NCBI GenBank assembly: GCA_963734495.1
Contig: CAVTHK010000005.1
Coordinates: 32,001 to 96,000 of the forward strand
Reading direction: 5' to 3'
DNA: 64,000 nt
Source of the DNA: an uncultured Spirochaetota bacterium
GTDB taxonomy: Bacteria > Spirochaetota > Spirochaetia > SZUA-6 > CAVTHK01
In this document: positions 40,812 through 50,653 of the stretch, one piece after another
How the letters are laid out: every line of letters begins with the position of its first letter
Position numbering within the stretch: the first letter of the stretch is position 1
Program-made: the position numbers and the translations under genes
Notes under the pieces: generated by a model
The model's database searches: none
Told to the model about the DNA's origin: nothing
Seen by the model: only the letters and a program-made list of their open reading frames with translations

Positions 40812-41615
40812 TTGATCTCAATGTCGCTCGTGTGTTGCGCCATGCTCTTGGCCCACCCGCTGGCAGGTGAGCCTGCCACGGGCGCTGGGAGGTCTATCTC
40901 TCCGGAGTTCACCCTCTCGTTGGAGGATCTGGACAGGCTGACGGCGAGCCTGCCGAGCGAAATCCGCAGTGGCATTCTTTCGCGCCCCGCGGCTTTCTTG
41001 CACGTGATCGCGCAGGTGCTCGATCAGCCGCCCGACCTCTTTGTGCTCGTAGACAAGGGTCATCCGCTTCCCGCCGACTACGTTCCCCCCGACCTTGTGT
41101 CGCTCAAGGATTACCTGCTCGTCACGACTTGGCCTCGCGTCATGCTCCGCAGGTCGATCATGCCCGCGGTGCTCGCAATGGTCCGTGCCGCCCGCGAAAA
41201 AGGAGTCACCTTGACCTTTTCGTCGGGGTACCGATCCTTTGACTATCAACGCGGGGTCTACAACGAGGAGGTGAGGCTGTACGGCCGCGAGACCGCAGAT
41301 GGCGAGTCTGCCCGCCCGGGGCATTCACAACACCAGTTGGGGACGGCGATAGACTTCGGCTCGATCAGCGACGCCTTCGAGACTACAAGCCAGGGGCGCT
41401 GGGTCGCCAAGCACGCCTGGGAGTATGGCTTCAGCCTCTCCTATCCTGCAGGGTACGAAGAGGTCACGGGGTACCGTCACGAGAGCTGGCACTACCGCTA
41501 CCTCACCAGGGCAGGAACGTTGCTTCAGCGGGAGTTCTTCGGCGACATACAGCAATACTTCCTGAGCTTCCTCAACGAGAACCGCGTGCTGTTGGAGAGC
41601 AGGAAAGTCACCTGA
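40812..41615 (+). CDS. M15B D-Ala-D-Ala carboxypeptidase (VanY-like)
   Basis: SGYRS, ARPGHSQHQLGTAID and ESWH motifs. Confidence 0.88.
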   Translation: MISMSLVCCAMLLAHPLAGEPATGAGRSISPEFTLSLEDLDRLTASLPSEIRSGILSRPAAFLHVIAQVLDQPPDLFVLVDKGHPLPADYVPPDLVSLKDYLLVTTWPRVMLRRSIMPAVLAMVRAAREKGVTLTFSSGYRSFDYQRGVYNEEVRLYGRETADGESARPGHSQHQLGTAIDFGSISDAFETTSQGRWVAKHAWEYGFSLSYPAGYEEVTGYRHESWHYRYLTRAGTLLQREFFGDIQQYFLSFLNENRVLLESRKVT

Positions 41616-42354
41616 GCGCCAGCAGCACTCGAATGTTTTTCACGATCTCCGCTGGGGTGGCATCACCGCCCATGGCATAGCGGAGGTACCCGCGTTTGTC
41701 GACGAACCAAAATGGAGCGGAGTGACCGACTTCATAGCCTCCGCCGAAATCCTGCACCATGTCGCCAACCAAGCTGAGGTCGCCCTCTGAAAGGCCGTTG
41801 GTGACGCCGGTTGACTCGTCCGCCGTACCGCCAGAGGATTGACTCCCTTTCGGCGGAGGAGCCGAGGTGCTCGGGGCAACGGCGTCGGTGTCGGGATCGA
41901 CCGTGACACCTATTCCGTAGGCGGCCCAAACGGCCTGCACATCCTTGGCGGCACCTCCGACGAAATACCAAGCGTCATATAACCCGAGTGCCTTACTGTA
42001 GGCCGCCGTGACCGCCGGAGTGTCCCGCTTGGGGTCAGTCGTAACGGTAACAAACGCAACTTTGTCCGCGTCGCTTCCCAGCAGATCGTGCGCGCCTTTC
42101 ACCTTCACTGCCTCGAAGGGGCAAATGTCGGTGCAGTGAGTGTAGATGAACGACATTAGCACGACTTTGCCCCTCGTGTCGGCCATGCGAAATGGCGAGC
42201 CGTGCTGATCTGTCAGCGTAAAGTCTGCCGCCAGCACGGGGTGCTCGATCGCGGTGCCGCCCACTAGGCCCGCCACCGGCTGAGCCTTGTTTCCGCCCCC
42301 GCAGCACGTCAAGAGGATGCCGAGCATCGCCGCCGAAAGTTGCCAAATTCTCAT
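41608..42354 (-). CDS. SCO family lipoprotein
   Basis: Lipobox LTCC, FTLTDQHG, YTHCTDICP, VTTDPKRDT and YEVGH. Confidence 0.9.
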   Translation of the reverse strand: MRIWQLSAAMLGILLTCCGGGNKAQPVAGLVGGTAIEHPVLAADFTLTDQHGSPFRMADTRGKVVLMSFIYTHCTDICPFEAVKVKGAHDLLGSDADKVAFVTVTTDPKRDTPAVTAAYSKALGLYDAWYFVGGAAKDVQAVWAAYGIGVTVDPDTDAVAPSTSAPPPKGSQSSGGTADESTGVTNGLSEGDLSLVGDMVQDFGGGYEVGHSAPFWFVDKRGYLRYAMGGDATPAEIVKNIRVLLALR

Positions 42355-42779
42355 TACCCGTGCTCCTATGGTACCTGTCTTTCGCGGAGAATAAGCTCAT
42401 CATAGGACTGCTGAACGTCAAGCTTCCAACCACCACGGTGGCGTCACGTCAACGGAACCTCTCATTGGTAGACATTGGGACCGGGGTGGTCCTGGACGTT
42501 GGTCTGCCGCGGCTGGCCAACCGCAAAGCGCGGAGCCCGCTGAGCAGACTGGTGCAGAAGCTGCTTTCTTCGGCTGCCCTTGCCCCGAGCGCCTCGGCTC
42601 CTCCAGGCTCGGTCGCAGGGGTCCCAGAGCAGGGTTTGTGCCTGGGCGAGGGGCGCAGCCAGAGATGCTCGCGCGCCAGAAGCCATGTCCCGCACCCGCC
42701 CCAGCTCCTGCCGTCGCCGTCGTCTTCGTGTCCCGGTCGATGGCGCTGTCGTTCCGTACCCTCTGCGCTCCAGGATAGA

Positions 42780-43100
42780 GGCTGTGACAAAGCGCCATGA
42801 GTCGAGCATTCGGTTTCTCCTGGCTGCATTGCGCGGGCTAGGCTAGTCGGGGTGTCGCGCTGAGGATCCGTAGTCACCGCCACGACGGCCACCCGCTTCG
42901 CGTCCTCGCCTACGAGCTTCATGGCTTCCTTCAACTTGAAGGCGACACGATGGGCGAAGTCCGCGCAGTGTGCATAGACCAGCAGCCACAGCTTTTCAGA
43001 AAGCTCAAGACGACGATCTTCCGCCTCGCGTGCGCCATGCGGAAGGCCCTTCCATGTTGGTCGGTCAAGGTGAGGCCCGCAGGGGTTGGATGCTGAGCGA
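42780..43100 (-). pseudogene. Degenerate SCO paralog
   Basis: LTLTDQHGRAFRMA..R.KIVVLSF in one frame; YAHCADF...VAVTTDPQRDTP in another; second Cys lost. Confidence 0.7.
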
Positions 43101-43303
43101 ACACGGCTTGCAGGCGTTCCGCAGTCGACGCTCCGTACGACAACGAGGGTGCCCAAGTCGCCGATGCGACCGGGAGAGCCCGACGAGCTTTGGGCCCGAC
43201 GGACAAAGTGCTGTTTGCAAGGTCGGCAACTCCTTGCACTTGGAGAACCCGTCAGTTCGGTTGTGAGTGCGCTCGACTCGAACGTCGTCCGCACGGGTGC
43301 GCT

Positions 43304-43744
43304 TTACCCTCGCTCCTGGCACTCCTTGCACAGGCCGAAGAGCGTGATTGAATGGTCGTCGATCTCGAAGTTCTCCCGCCTTGCGACGGCAGCGATCGCT
43401 TCGGACTCGAGGCAGAGGTCCAGCTCGACCACACGGCGGCACCTGGTGCAGAGGAGGTGGTGGTGATGGTGGTCGCTTTCGCAGAGGCGAAAGCCGTGCG
43501 TCCCGTCGGCAAACTCGATGCGATCCAGGACCTTCATGCGTGCAAGCTGCTCGATTGAGCGGTAGACGGTCGCCCGCCCGATGTGCGGGCTGGCGCGGCG
43601 CACCTTTTTCAGGAGCTCCTCGGCGGAGAATGCGGTTCCCTCGCGGCCGAGGCGGATCAGGTGCTTGGCGATGAGTCGGCGCGGCTCCGTCTGTCTCTGG
43701 CTGAGCTTGCGAAACGCCGCGTCGACCCGTTTTTCGATGTCCAT
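43304..43744 (-). CDS. Fur family regulator, probably Zur
   Basis: RATVYR, HHHHHLLCTRC and GLCKEC; last gene of the Zn/Mn ABC operon. Confidence 0.88.
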   Translation of the reverse strand: MDIEKRVDAAFRKLSQRQTEPRRLIAKHLIRLGREGTAFSAEELLKKVRRASPHIGRATVYRSIEQLARMKVLDRIEFADGTHGFRLCESDHHHHHLLCTRCRRVVELDLCLESEAIAAVARRENFEIDDHSITLFGLCKECQERG

Positions 43745-44616
43745 GGTCCCGTTTCCACTGCATCTTCGATGATAACCCGCGCGCCGCCACGCGCAAAGCC
43801 CCTGCGGGTTGCCGCGACGCTCGTGAAGTAGGTCACGGCAGCGAGCGCGGAAATGGTGAATCCCGCCGGCGGCTGGCGCCAGGGCCAGAGAAACGAAAGG
43901 AGAATGCCGCACGCCGTGATGCCGATTCCCAGCCCGAGGGACAGCAGCAGCGCGCGGGCCGGCCGCCGTTCCAGGCGAGTCGCGGCCGCCGCGGGCGCGA
44001 TGAGCAGGGCGGGCGCCAGAAGCACCCCTGCGGCGATCGCGGCTGCCGTTGCAGCCATGGCGAGGAGGATCAGGAAGACGGTGGAGACGAGACCGATGGG
44101 CACCCCCCGCGCCCGCGCGCCCTCCGGGTCGATCGTGGCGAAGAGGAGCGGCCGGAAGACGACCGCGAGCCCGCCGAGGATGAGCAACGAGATCCCGGTC
44201 AGGAGCTCGATGTCGGCCGGACGGACGCTGAGCAGCGAGCCGAAGAGGATGGACACCCCGGCGTTCGCGTGTGATGCACCGGCGTGAGCGTGGATGCTGA
44301 GAAAAAGCACTCCGAGACCGAGGGCAAACGAGACGACCATCCCGATCTCCACGCTACGCTCGCGCGCCCGCTCTCCCAGGGCGCCGAGTCCGATCGCAGC
44401 CCCCAGGCCGAAGACGGCCATCCCGACCCCGGGCGCGACGCCGAGAAGGGCGGCGCCGGTGGCTCCTGCGAAAGAGACGTCCAGGAACGACTCGGCGGCG
44501 AACGCCTGGGCGCGAAGCACGACGAAGTAGCCGACGAGCGACGACGTCACCGCAGCGATTGTTCCGGCGAGCACCGCGTTGCGAAACAGCTCCGAGGCAA
44601 GCAGCGCGAAAATCAC
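43657..44616 (-). CDS. Metal (Zn/Mn) ABC transporter permease 2
   Basis: GYFVVLR, ILFGS and FATIDPEGARARG; GTGA overlap with permease 1. Confidence 0.88.
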   Translation of the reverse strand: MIFALLASELFRNAVLAGTIAAVTSSLVGYFVVLRAQAFAAESFLDVSFAGATGAALLGVAPGVGMAVFGLGAAIGLGALGERARERSVEIGMVVSFALGLGVLFLSIHAHAGASHANAGVSILFGSLLSVRPADIELLTGISLLILGGLAVVFRPLLFATIDPEGARARGVPIGLVSTVFLILLAMAATAAAIAAGVLLAPALLIAPAAAATRLERRPARALLLSLGLGIGITACGILLSFLWPWRQPPAGFTISALAAVTYFTSVAATRRGFARGGARVIIEDAVETGPWTSKNGSTRRFASSARDRRSRADSSPST

Positions 44617-45461
44617 GTCGACCCCCGTGCGAGACTGCCTCGACCACGAAGGGTTCGCGCGCGCCGACCCCGCGGCAAGAAGCGTGCAGGCAGGTAGACG
44701 GCGAATGAGAGCGTCGCGATGGCGAAGCTTACCGGCAGGCTCTCCGTGACAACGGCCGCGAAAACTCCGAGCCAGACGTATAGCAGCGCGAGACCGACCG
44801 AGAGGGCGATCGCAGCCCCGGGTCTGCGCACTATCCGGCTCGCCGTGGCGGGTGGGCCGACCATGAGTGTGAATACGAGGAGGGCACCCATGAGCTGGAC
44901 TGCGAGAGAGACGATGAGCGCGATCAGCGCAAGGAACGCCACCGAGAGAAAAGTGGTCGGGACGCCGCGCGCCTCGGCCAGATCGGGATCGAAGGTGGCA
45001 AACAGGAGCGGCCGGTAGAGAAAGGCGAGCGCCGCCAGCGTCACCAGCGCGGCGAGGACCGTGAGACGGGCCGCGTTCGCCGTGATGCCGAGTATGCTTC
45101 CGAAGAGGATGCCGTAGACCCGCTGAGCGAAGCCGGAGTAGAGGGCCAGGAACAGGAAGCCAAGACCCAGCGCGAACGTCATTACGACCCCGATCGCGAT
45201 GTCGCGCTCCCTCAGGTCTCTGCCGAGCAGCGCCATGGCGACGGCCGAGGAGAGCGTGATCGCGAACAGCCCGTAGACGGGCTCGATCCCCAGAAGCACT
45301 GCACCCGCGGCGCCGGCGAATCCGATATTCGGCAGGGCGTGGCCTGCGAACGTCGCGCGGCGCGAGATCATGAAGTAGCCGCTCGCCGCAGCTGCGACGG
45401 CAACGGCGGAGCCCGCGAGCAGCGCGTTCACGACAAAGGCGTAGCGCAAGGCGGCGATCAT
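44613..45461 (-). CDS. Metal (Zn/Mn) ABC transporter permease 1
   Basis: FAGHALP, ILFGSI, FDPDLAEARG and GALLVF motifs. Confidence 0.9.
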   Translation of the reverse strand: MIAALRYAFVVNALLAGSAVAVAAAASGYFMISRRATFAGHALPNIGFAGAAGAVLLGIEPVYGLFAITLSSAVAMALLGRDLRERDIAIGVVMTFALGLGFLFLALYSGFAQRVYGILFGSILGITANAARLTVLAALVTLAALAFLYRPLLFATFDPDLAEARGVPTTFLSVAFLALIALIVSLAVQLMGALLVFTLMVGPPATASRIVRRPGAAIALSVGLALLYVWLGVFAAVVTESLPVSFAIATLSFAVYLPARFLPRGRRARTLRGRGSLARGST

Positions 45462-45466
45462 GGGCT

Positions 45467-46255
45467 CTAGATCCTGGCACCCATAACGAAGACCCTTCCG
45501 CCGGCCCTGACCACCTCGACCCTTGTGCCGTACAGGTCGCTCAGGGTCTCGCCCGTGATCACGCGATCGGGATGTCCACTGGCGCTCCTTCCGTTGGCCA
45601 GGTAGAGCACACGGTCCAGCTGGGAAAGCAGCGGGTTGACGTCGTGCGTCACGAAAAGGACAGCGGCGTGTCGGGTGCGCGAAACGCGCCTGATCAGGGA
45701 GATGATTTCCTGCTCCCTGCCGATGTCGAGGCCGGCGAGGGGCTCATCGAGCAGCAACAGCCGTGGCTCGCTCAGCAGAGCCTGGGCGATGAGCAGTCGC
45801 TGTCGCTCGCCTCCGGAAAGCTCTCCCATCGCCGCCTCGGCGAGCTCGCGGCCGTCCACCTCGTCGAGCACCGCGTCGATGCGCTGCTCGCGGGCCCGGC
45901 TCGGCCAGCCCGGTCCCCACCTGTGGCCGTCCCATCCGAAGCGCACGATGTCGCGCGCCCGCAGCGCCGTGTCGCCCTCGATGGCACGGAACTGCGGCAC
46001 GTATCCGATGCGGGCGTTGAGCCGTCCCGCGGGAGCGCCGAGGACCCGCACCCGCCCGCGGACCGGCCTCACGAGGCCGAGAACGAGCTTGAGCAGCGTG
46101 GTCTTGCCTGCGCCGTTCGGCCCGAGCACCGCCACCAGGTCGCCGTCTTCTATCGCGAAATTGACATCGGCGAGCACGATCCGCCCCCCGAGGTCGACGC
46201 GAACGTCCTCGATCGCGAGGACCGGCGCGACGGCGATCGCGGCGGCGTGGGTCAC
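45467..46255 (-). CDS. Metal ABC transporter ATP-binding protein
   Basis: GPNGAGKT, GYVPQ, LSGGERQR, LLDEP and VTHD motifs. Confidence 0.92.
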   Translation of the reverse strand: MTHAAAIAVAPVLAIEDVRVDLGGRIVLADVNFAIEDGDLVAVLGPNGAGKTTLLKLVLGLVRPVRGRVRVLGAPAGRLNARIGYVPQFRAIEGDTALRARDIVRFGWDGHRWGPGWPSRAREQRIDAVLDEVDGRELAEAAMGELSGGERQRLLIAQALLSEPRLLLLDEPLAGLDIGREQEIISLIRRVSRTRHAAVLFVTHDVNPLLSQLDRVLYLANGRSASGHPDRVITGETLSDLYGTRVEVVRAGGRVFVMGARI

Positions 46256-47151
46256 GGGGAGCCTCGATCCAGCGCCGCGGCGAGCGCGTCGAGCTGCTTG
46301 AGCATCCATGCCTGGTACGTCGAGCCCTGCGGCATCGTCTCGGTCACCCCGACCGTGGGGATGCCCGCCGCATCGGCGTCGCGCTGCACGCCCGTCGTGA
46401 TCGGAGAGACAGTCTGCTCGTTGTAGATCAGCACCTTGACCGTCTTCTGCCTGATCTGCTGCTGCGTTTCGACCACCGCGCGGGCAGGAGGGTCGTTTCC
46501 CTCGGCGATCGCCTTCTGAAACTCGAACGGGGTGATCACGTTCAGCCCGAGAGGCCCGGCCTGGTAGAGGAAGATGGTCTCCGTCAGTCCGACGGGCGCG
46601 CCCGCGTGGCGGGAGGCGATCTGCGCCATCCTCTCCCGAACAGGGTCGAGGGATCGCCGGAACGCCTCTTCTTTACCCGCGAACAGGGCGGCATCCGCAG
46701 GATCGATCTTGGCCAGGCTGCGCGCGATCGCGCCGGCGACTGCCTGTGCGTTGTCGAGGTCGTACCAGACGTGCTCGTTGTCGGGCAGCTGCTTCACCGC
46801 CAGGTCGAAGGCCTTGAGCACGATGCGCGAAGCTCGCGGCGAAGCAGCGAGGAGCCTGTCCATCCAGTCGTCATAGCCTCCGCCGTTCTCGATAACGAGA
46901 TCCGCGCCCGCTATCGCTTTTGCGTCCGCAAAATTGGACTCGTACTCGTGCGGGTCCACATTGGGGTCCGAGAGGATGCTCACGACGATGACCTTCTCGC
47001 CTCCCACCTGCTGAGCGATGCTGCCGTAGAAGTTCTCCGCCGCCACCACCGCGATCGGGTGCGACGACTGCGCACCCGCGTCATCCGCAGCGAGGCCAAT
47101 CAGGGCGCCAAAGGCCAAGAACAGCAAGAGCCGCTTCTTGTTCGAGCGCAT
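46252..47151 (-). CDS. Zn/Mn ABC transporter substrate-binding protein
   Basis: DPHEYE, NGGGYD and NEHVW; signal peptide; GGAGGAGG RBS. Confidence 0.92.
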   Translation of the reverse strand: MRSNKKRLLLFLAFGALIGLAADDAGAQSSHPIAVVAAENFYGSIAQQVGGEKVIVVSILSDPNVDPHEYESNFADAKAIAGADLVIENGGGYDDWMDRLLAASPRASRIVLKAFDLAVKQLPDNEHVWYDLDNAQAVAGAIARSLAKIDPADAALFAGKEEAFRRSLDPVRERMAQIASRHAGAPVGLTETIFLYQAGPLGLNVITPFEFQKAIAEGNDPPARAVVETQQQIRQKTVKVLIYNEQTVSPITTGVQRDADAAGIPTVGVTETMPQGSTYQAWMLKQLDALAAALDRGSP

Positions 47152-47197
47152 GCAGACCACCTCCTCCCTCAGGAGCGATAACAGTTCTGCCACCATT

Positions 47198-47244
47198 GAT
47201 ACTGATACATGATATCAACAGTCAAATGGAATATTGTCTCATTT
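47198..47244. promoter_or_regulatory. Candidate tandem Fur/Zur operators
   Basis: GATACTGATACATGATATC (14/19 to the classical Fur box) and AAATGGAATATTGTCTCATTT, flanking a minus-strand TTGACT. Confidence 0.6.
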
Positions 47245-47402
47245 CTGCCATCCAGGTCCGCGGATGGAGGCCGCTGGGTCGGCGTGCCGGCGGACGGGTC
47301 GATGCTTGCTCCCGAGCGCTGCATGCCAAAGCAGTATCTTTCCGGACAAGGTGATCGGGAGTGGGCCGGGCCCGCCGGTGCTCTCAGGAGGTTTCTCCCC
47401 CA

Positions 47403-47807
47403 ATGGCTCCGTTTTCGGTCGCTGTGCGGGGACAGATTCGGTCCTTGCGCATTCTCGACTGGATCGCGCTTGCCGCAGTCTTCGCCATCGTCCCGGCGTC
47501 GGGCGCCCTGTTCTGGCGTAACGCAGGTGCGCCTCGCGAAGTGCAGGTGCAGTCGGACGAGGGACAGTTCGTCTATCCTCTCGGCGTGAATCGGATCGTA
47601 ACCATGGAAGGGCCTCTCGGGGAGACGGTGATCCAGATTCATGATTCCCGCGTGCGCGTCCTGTCCGACCCCGGACCGCAGCAGATCTGCGTGAACCAGG
47701 GGGAGATTGCTCAACCCGGTCAATGGCTGGCGTGTCTGCCAAGCCATGTCTTTGTGGCAATCACGGGAGCCCCCGATCCCGACGCCGTCGACGCGGGCTC
47801 CTTCTGA
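47403..47807 (+). CDS. NusG domain II-containing membrane-anchored protein
   Basis: TM helix then GPLG.T.I.I, QICVNQG.I and ACLP. Confidence 0.8.
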   Translation: MAPFSVAVRGQIRSLRILDWIALAAVFAIVPASGALFWRNAGAPREVQVQSDEGQFVYPLGVNRIVTMEGPLGETVIQIHDSRVRVLSDPGPQQICVNQGEIAQPGQWLACLPSHVFVAITGAPDPDAVDAGSF

Positions 47808-47903
47808 GGTCTCACCGGTTCCGCTCCTGCGACACAGATGCGAGAGCCGTCGGCCATCCGGACGCATCGATCGGCACGGGCGCAGGCGTCAGGGCGCGCC
47901 GGC

Positions 47904-48497
47904 TCAAGATGTGAGCTTGTATCGGATAACCAGCTGGTCTGGCGGGTACTGGCCGGGCCAGTCCGCCTTCGCTTTGACCTGTTCGACCGACAGGGTCACT
48001 GAAAGGCCCTGACTCCCCTTGACCATGGCATCGCCGGGGTGCATGGGGTCGAAAGCGACGAAGTAGGTGTCGTCGTAGACGGTCACGCGGACCGTCTGCT
48101 GCTTTTTCGCGGCCGGGAGGTTCAGCGGCACGAAGAATGAGTACACGAGGTGGCCTCCCGCCACGCTCGGTGTGAAGCGTTCTATGCTAATCTTCGGTAA
48201 AAGTACATCGTCGAGGTAGAATGCCAGGAAGTAGTGATAGCTTTCGAGGTTGTCGAAGGCCTCCACCCTGATGTCGCCTGTCGTGCGCGCGCTGAAGCTT
48301 CCATCGGGGTTTGGCTTGTGGTCCTCAAGGATCATATCCGAGAACGAGTCATCGAACACCCAGCGAAAGATGATCCCTCTCAGCTCTTTCGCCTCGAAAA
48401 GCACCGTCATCTTGTTGTTGATGAATACGTGGGGATGCGCAAAGGCACTCAGAATCGTCGCGGTTGTGAAGACAACGACGGATGCGCACCTGGTCAT
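47904..48497 (-). CDS. DUF1007-like exported protein
   Basis: Signal peptide then AHPHVFI, WVFDD and VYDDTYF. Confidence 0.8.
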   Translation of the reverse strand: MTRCASVVVFTTATILSAFAHPHVFINNKMTVLFEAKELRGIIFRWVFDDSFSDMILEDHKPNPDGSFSARTTGDIRVEAFDNLESYHYFLAFYLDDVLLPKISIERFTPSVAGGHLVYSFFVPLNLPAAKKQQTVRVTVYDDTYFVAFDPMHPGDAMVKGSQGLSVTLSVEQVKAKADWPGQYPPDQLVIRYKLTS

Positions 48498-48792
48498 GCG
48501 GTTACCGTGACTCCGGGGCCTGCCTGCCGGCCAGCCAATCGACTGGAATATAGCGGTTGCCCTTTGAACCGCGAAGCGGCCCTTCCTGCCGAGCTTGTGA
48601 CCGGTCATGCGTGTCCTGAGAGTCGCTGATGCGGTCTACCTGGCTCCCCGGCGGTCAGTTCTGCTCCCGACTAGGACAGTGCGGGTGCGGTTGTGTTGAA
48701 ACTTGACAATTCTCATCAAGAATCCGACAGTGTACACCGAAAACAAATGGGAGGGGTGTCGATTGAGCCACGGACAAACCGCCGTTGCGAAC

Positions 48793-49800
48793 ATGCGAGG
48801 CGCAAGGGCAGGGATGCTGTACTCCCTGGCTGCGGCCGTCGTAGTCTGGTACGCGTTCCATCCGGTGAGAATCGCATTTCTCAGCCGCCTTGCCATCACG
48901 GTCCTCTCGGTCACGGTCGAAGCGATGCCGTTCCTGCTGATAGGAAGCGTGGTTTCTTCGGTGATTCACCTCTACGTGCCCGAAGAGACGATCGCGAGGA
49001 TCATTCCCCGGAGTGCGATTGCTGGGGTGCTCTCGGCCTCGGTGCTTGGAATCGTCCTTCCGGTCTGCGACTGTGGGACCGTGCCGATCGTGCGACGGCT
49101 CGTGGCCAAGGGGGTACCGCTCCACGTGGCGATCACGTTTATGCTGGCGGTGCCGATGATCAACCCGCTCGTGATCTTCTCTACCTGGTTCGCCTTCTAT
49201 CAATACCCCCAGTACATCCTCTATCGCATCGGCTTCGGTCTGGGCTCCGCGATCGGGGTCGGGCTCCTGATGTCGCTCCTCGATGGCAAACGGCAACTGC
49301 GGGTCATGCAGAGGCTCGAGGCCGGCTACGCCCACGAGGAGCTCCACGATCAGCACGGCCATCACCACCACGAACCGGGCGGCCGTTTCCTCGACAGGCT
49401 GGCCGCCGTGATGGACCATGCGAGCGGGGACTTCTACGACATGGGTCGCTACTTTCTCGCGGGCGTTGTCCTCTCCTCGATCGTCCGGGTGATCATCCCC
49501 CAGGATTCCCTCTATGCGATCGGGCACAGTCCGATCCTGTCGATTCTCGTGGCGGTCGCCGCCGCCTACGTCCTTTCCGTCTGCTCGCAGGCCGATGCCT
49601 TCATCGCGCGCACGTTCATGGGCCAGTTCTCGCCGGGGGCGATCGTGGCCTTCCTGATCTTCGGACCGATGATAGACATGAAGAACACTCTGATGCTTTC
49701 GAGCGCTTTCAAAAAGCGCTTCATCCTGCTGCTCGTCGCGATGATTGCGGCGGCAAGCATCCTCTCCGGCTACCTGCTCAATCTGCGGCTGGGGGCGTGA
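48793..49800 (+). CDS. DUF318/UPF0718 permease with His-rich loop
   Basis: EAMPF, PVCDCGTVP, P.INP, HEELHDQHGHHHHE, SVCSQADAFIA and GPMIDMKN; start uncertain. Confidence 0.88.
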   Translation: MRGARAGMLYSLAAAVVVWYAFHPVRIAFLSRLAITVLSVTVEAMPFLLIGSVVSSVIHLYVPEETIARIIPRSAIAGVLSASVLGIVLPVCDCGTVPIVRRLVAKGVPLHVAITFMLAVPMINPLVIFSTWFAFYQYPQYILYRIGFGLGSAIGVGLLMSLLDGKRQLRVMQRLEAGYAHEELHDQHGHHHHEPGGRFLDRLAAVMDHASGDFYDMGRYFLAGVVLSSIVRVIIPQDSLYAIGHSPILSILVAVAAAYVLSVCSQADAFIARTFMGQFSPGAIVAFLIFGPMIDMKNTLMLSSAFKKRFILLLVAMIAAASILSGYLLNLRLGA

Positions 49801-49801
49801 G

Positions 49802-50653
49802 TTGGAGGATCTGAAAGCAGCGCCGACTCCGCCGGGTGACGGCCAGGACCCGCGGCCCAGCGGAGGGCCGACCCACCGCATCTGGTTGCTCGTGCTTGCG
49901 GGGTACTCCGTCTACTTCGGATACCTCCTTGGCTCCGGCAGGCTTCAAGACCTCGTGAGCCCCCGGATGACTGCATTCGTCCTCGTTGGATTCGTCATCC
50001 TGCTCCTCTTCGTCGCGGTCCGGTGCGCGGTCTTTCTCAAGAAGGCTCGGCCGCTTCCGCTCGGGCGCGGATTGATCCTCTTCTTCGTGCCGTTGTTTCT
50101 CGTGCCCCTCGGCGCAGCTTCCGACAGCGCTCTGCTCTCCGTAGACCGGGGCGTTTCACTGGAACAGGGTGACCCTCGACTCGATTTGACCACCAGATTC
50201 CAGGCCGCCGTCAACCCGTTCCTGCGCAAAGCCGCGCCGAAACCGGTCCCCCGCGACGGCGTCGTTCCCGTCCGTGGCCCGATCGTCCTGGACCGCAAGA
50301 ACTACTACCGGGCTTACCAGGAGCTCTACTCCGCCCCCGAGGCTTTCGCGGGCAGGACCATCCAGGTCACGGGGTTCGTCTACCGCCATTCGACAGGATC
50401 CGGCAAGCAGCTCATCATCGCCCGTGCGCTCATGTGGTGCTGCGCGGCCGATGCCGTCACGATCGGATTCGTCGCGGCATCCCCCGAAGCGACTTCCCTC
50501 ACGGACGCAAAATGGGTCTCCGTGACCGGTACGCTCGCGACGACCACCTACGTCAATCAGTATACTCACCTAGCGTCGATCGTTCCGCTCGTCCAGGTGA
50601 AACGGATTGATCGTATGAGAGGTCCTGACTTTGCTTTCGTCTTTCCCAATTGA
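49802..50653 (+). CDS. TIGR03943/DUF1980 family permease partner
   Basis: Three TM helices, GR.I.VTGFVY, R..MWCCAADA and WVSVTG. Confidence 0.85.
   Translation: MEDLKAAPTPPGDGQDPRPSGGPTHRIWLLVLAGYSVYFGYLLGSGRLQDLVSPRMTAFVLVGFVILLLFVAVRCAVFLKKARPLPLGRGLILFFVPLFLVPLGAASDSALLSVDRGVSLEQGDPRLDLTTRFQAAVNPFLRKAAPKPVPRDGVVPVRGPIVLDRKNYYRAYQELYSAPEAFAGRTIQVTGFVYRHSTGSGKQLIIARALMWCCAADAVTIGFVAASPEATSLTDAKWVSVTGTLATTTYVNQYTHLASIVPLVQVKRIDRMRGPDFAFVFPN

Noticed and set aside
40812-41615. VanY-like gene as glycopeptide resistance
   Set aside because: No vanHAX or vanRS nearby; M15B carboxypeptidases are common housekeeping enzymes.
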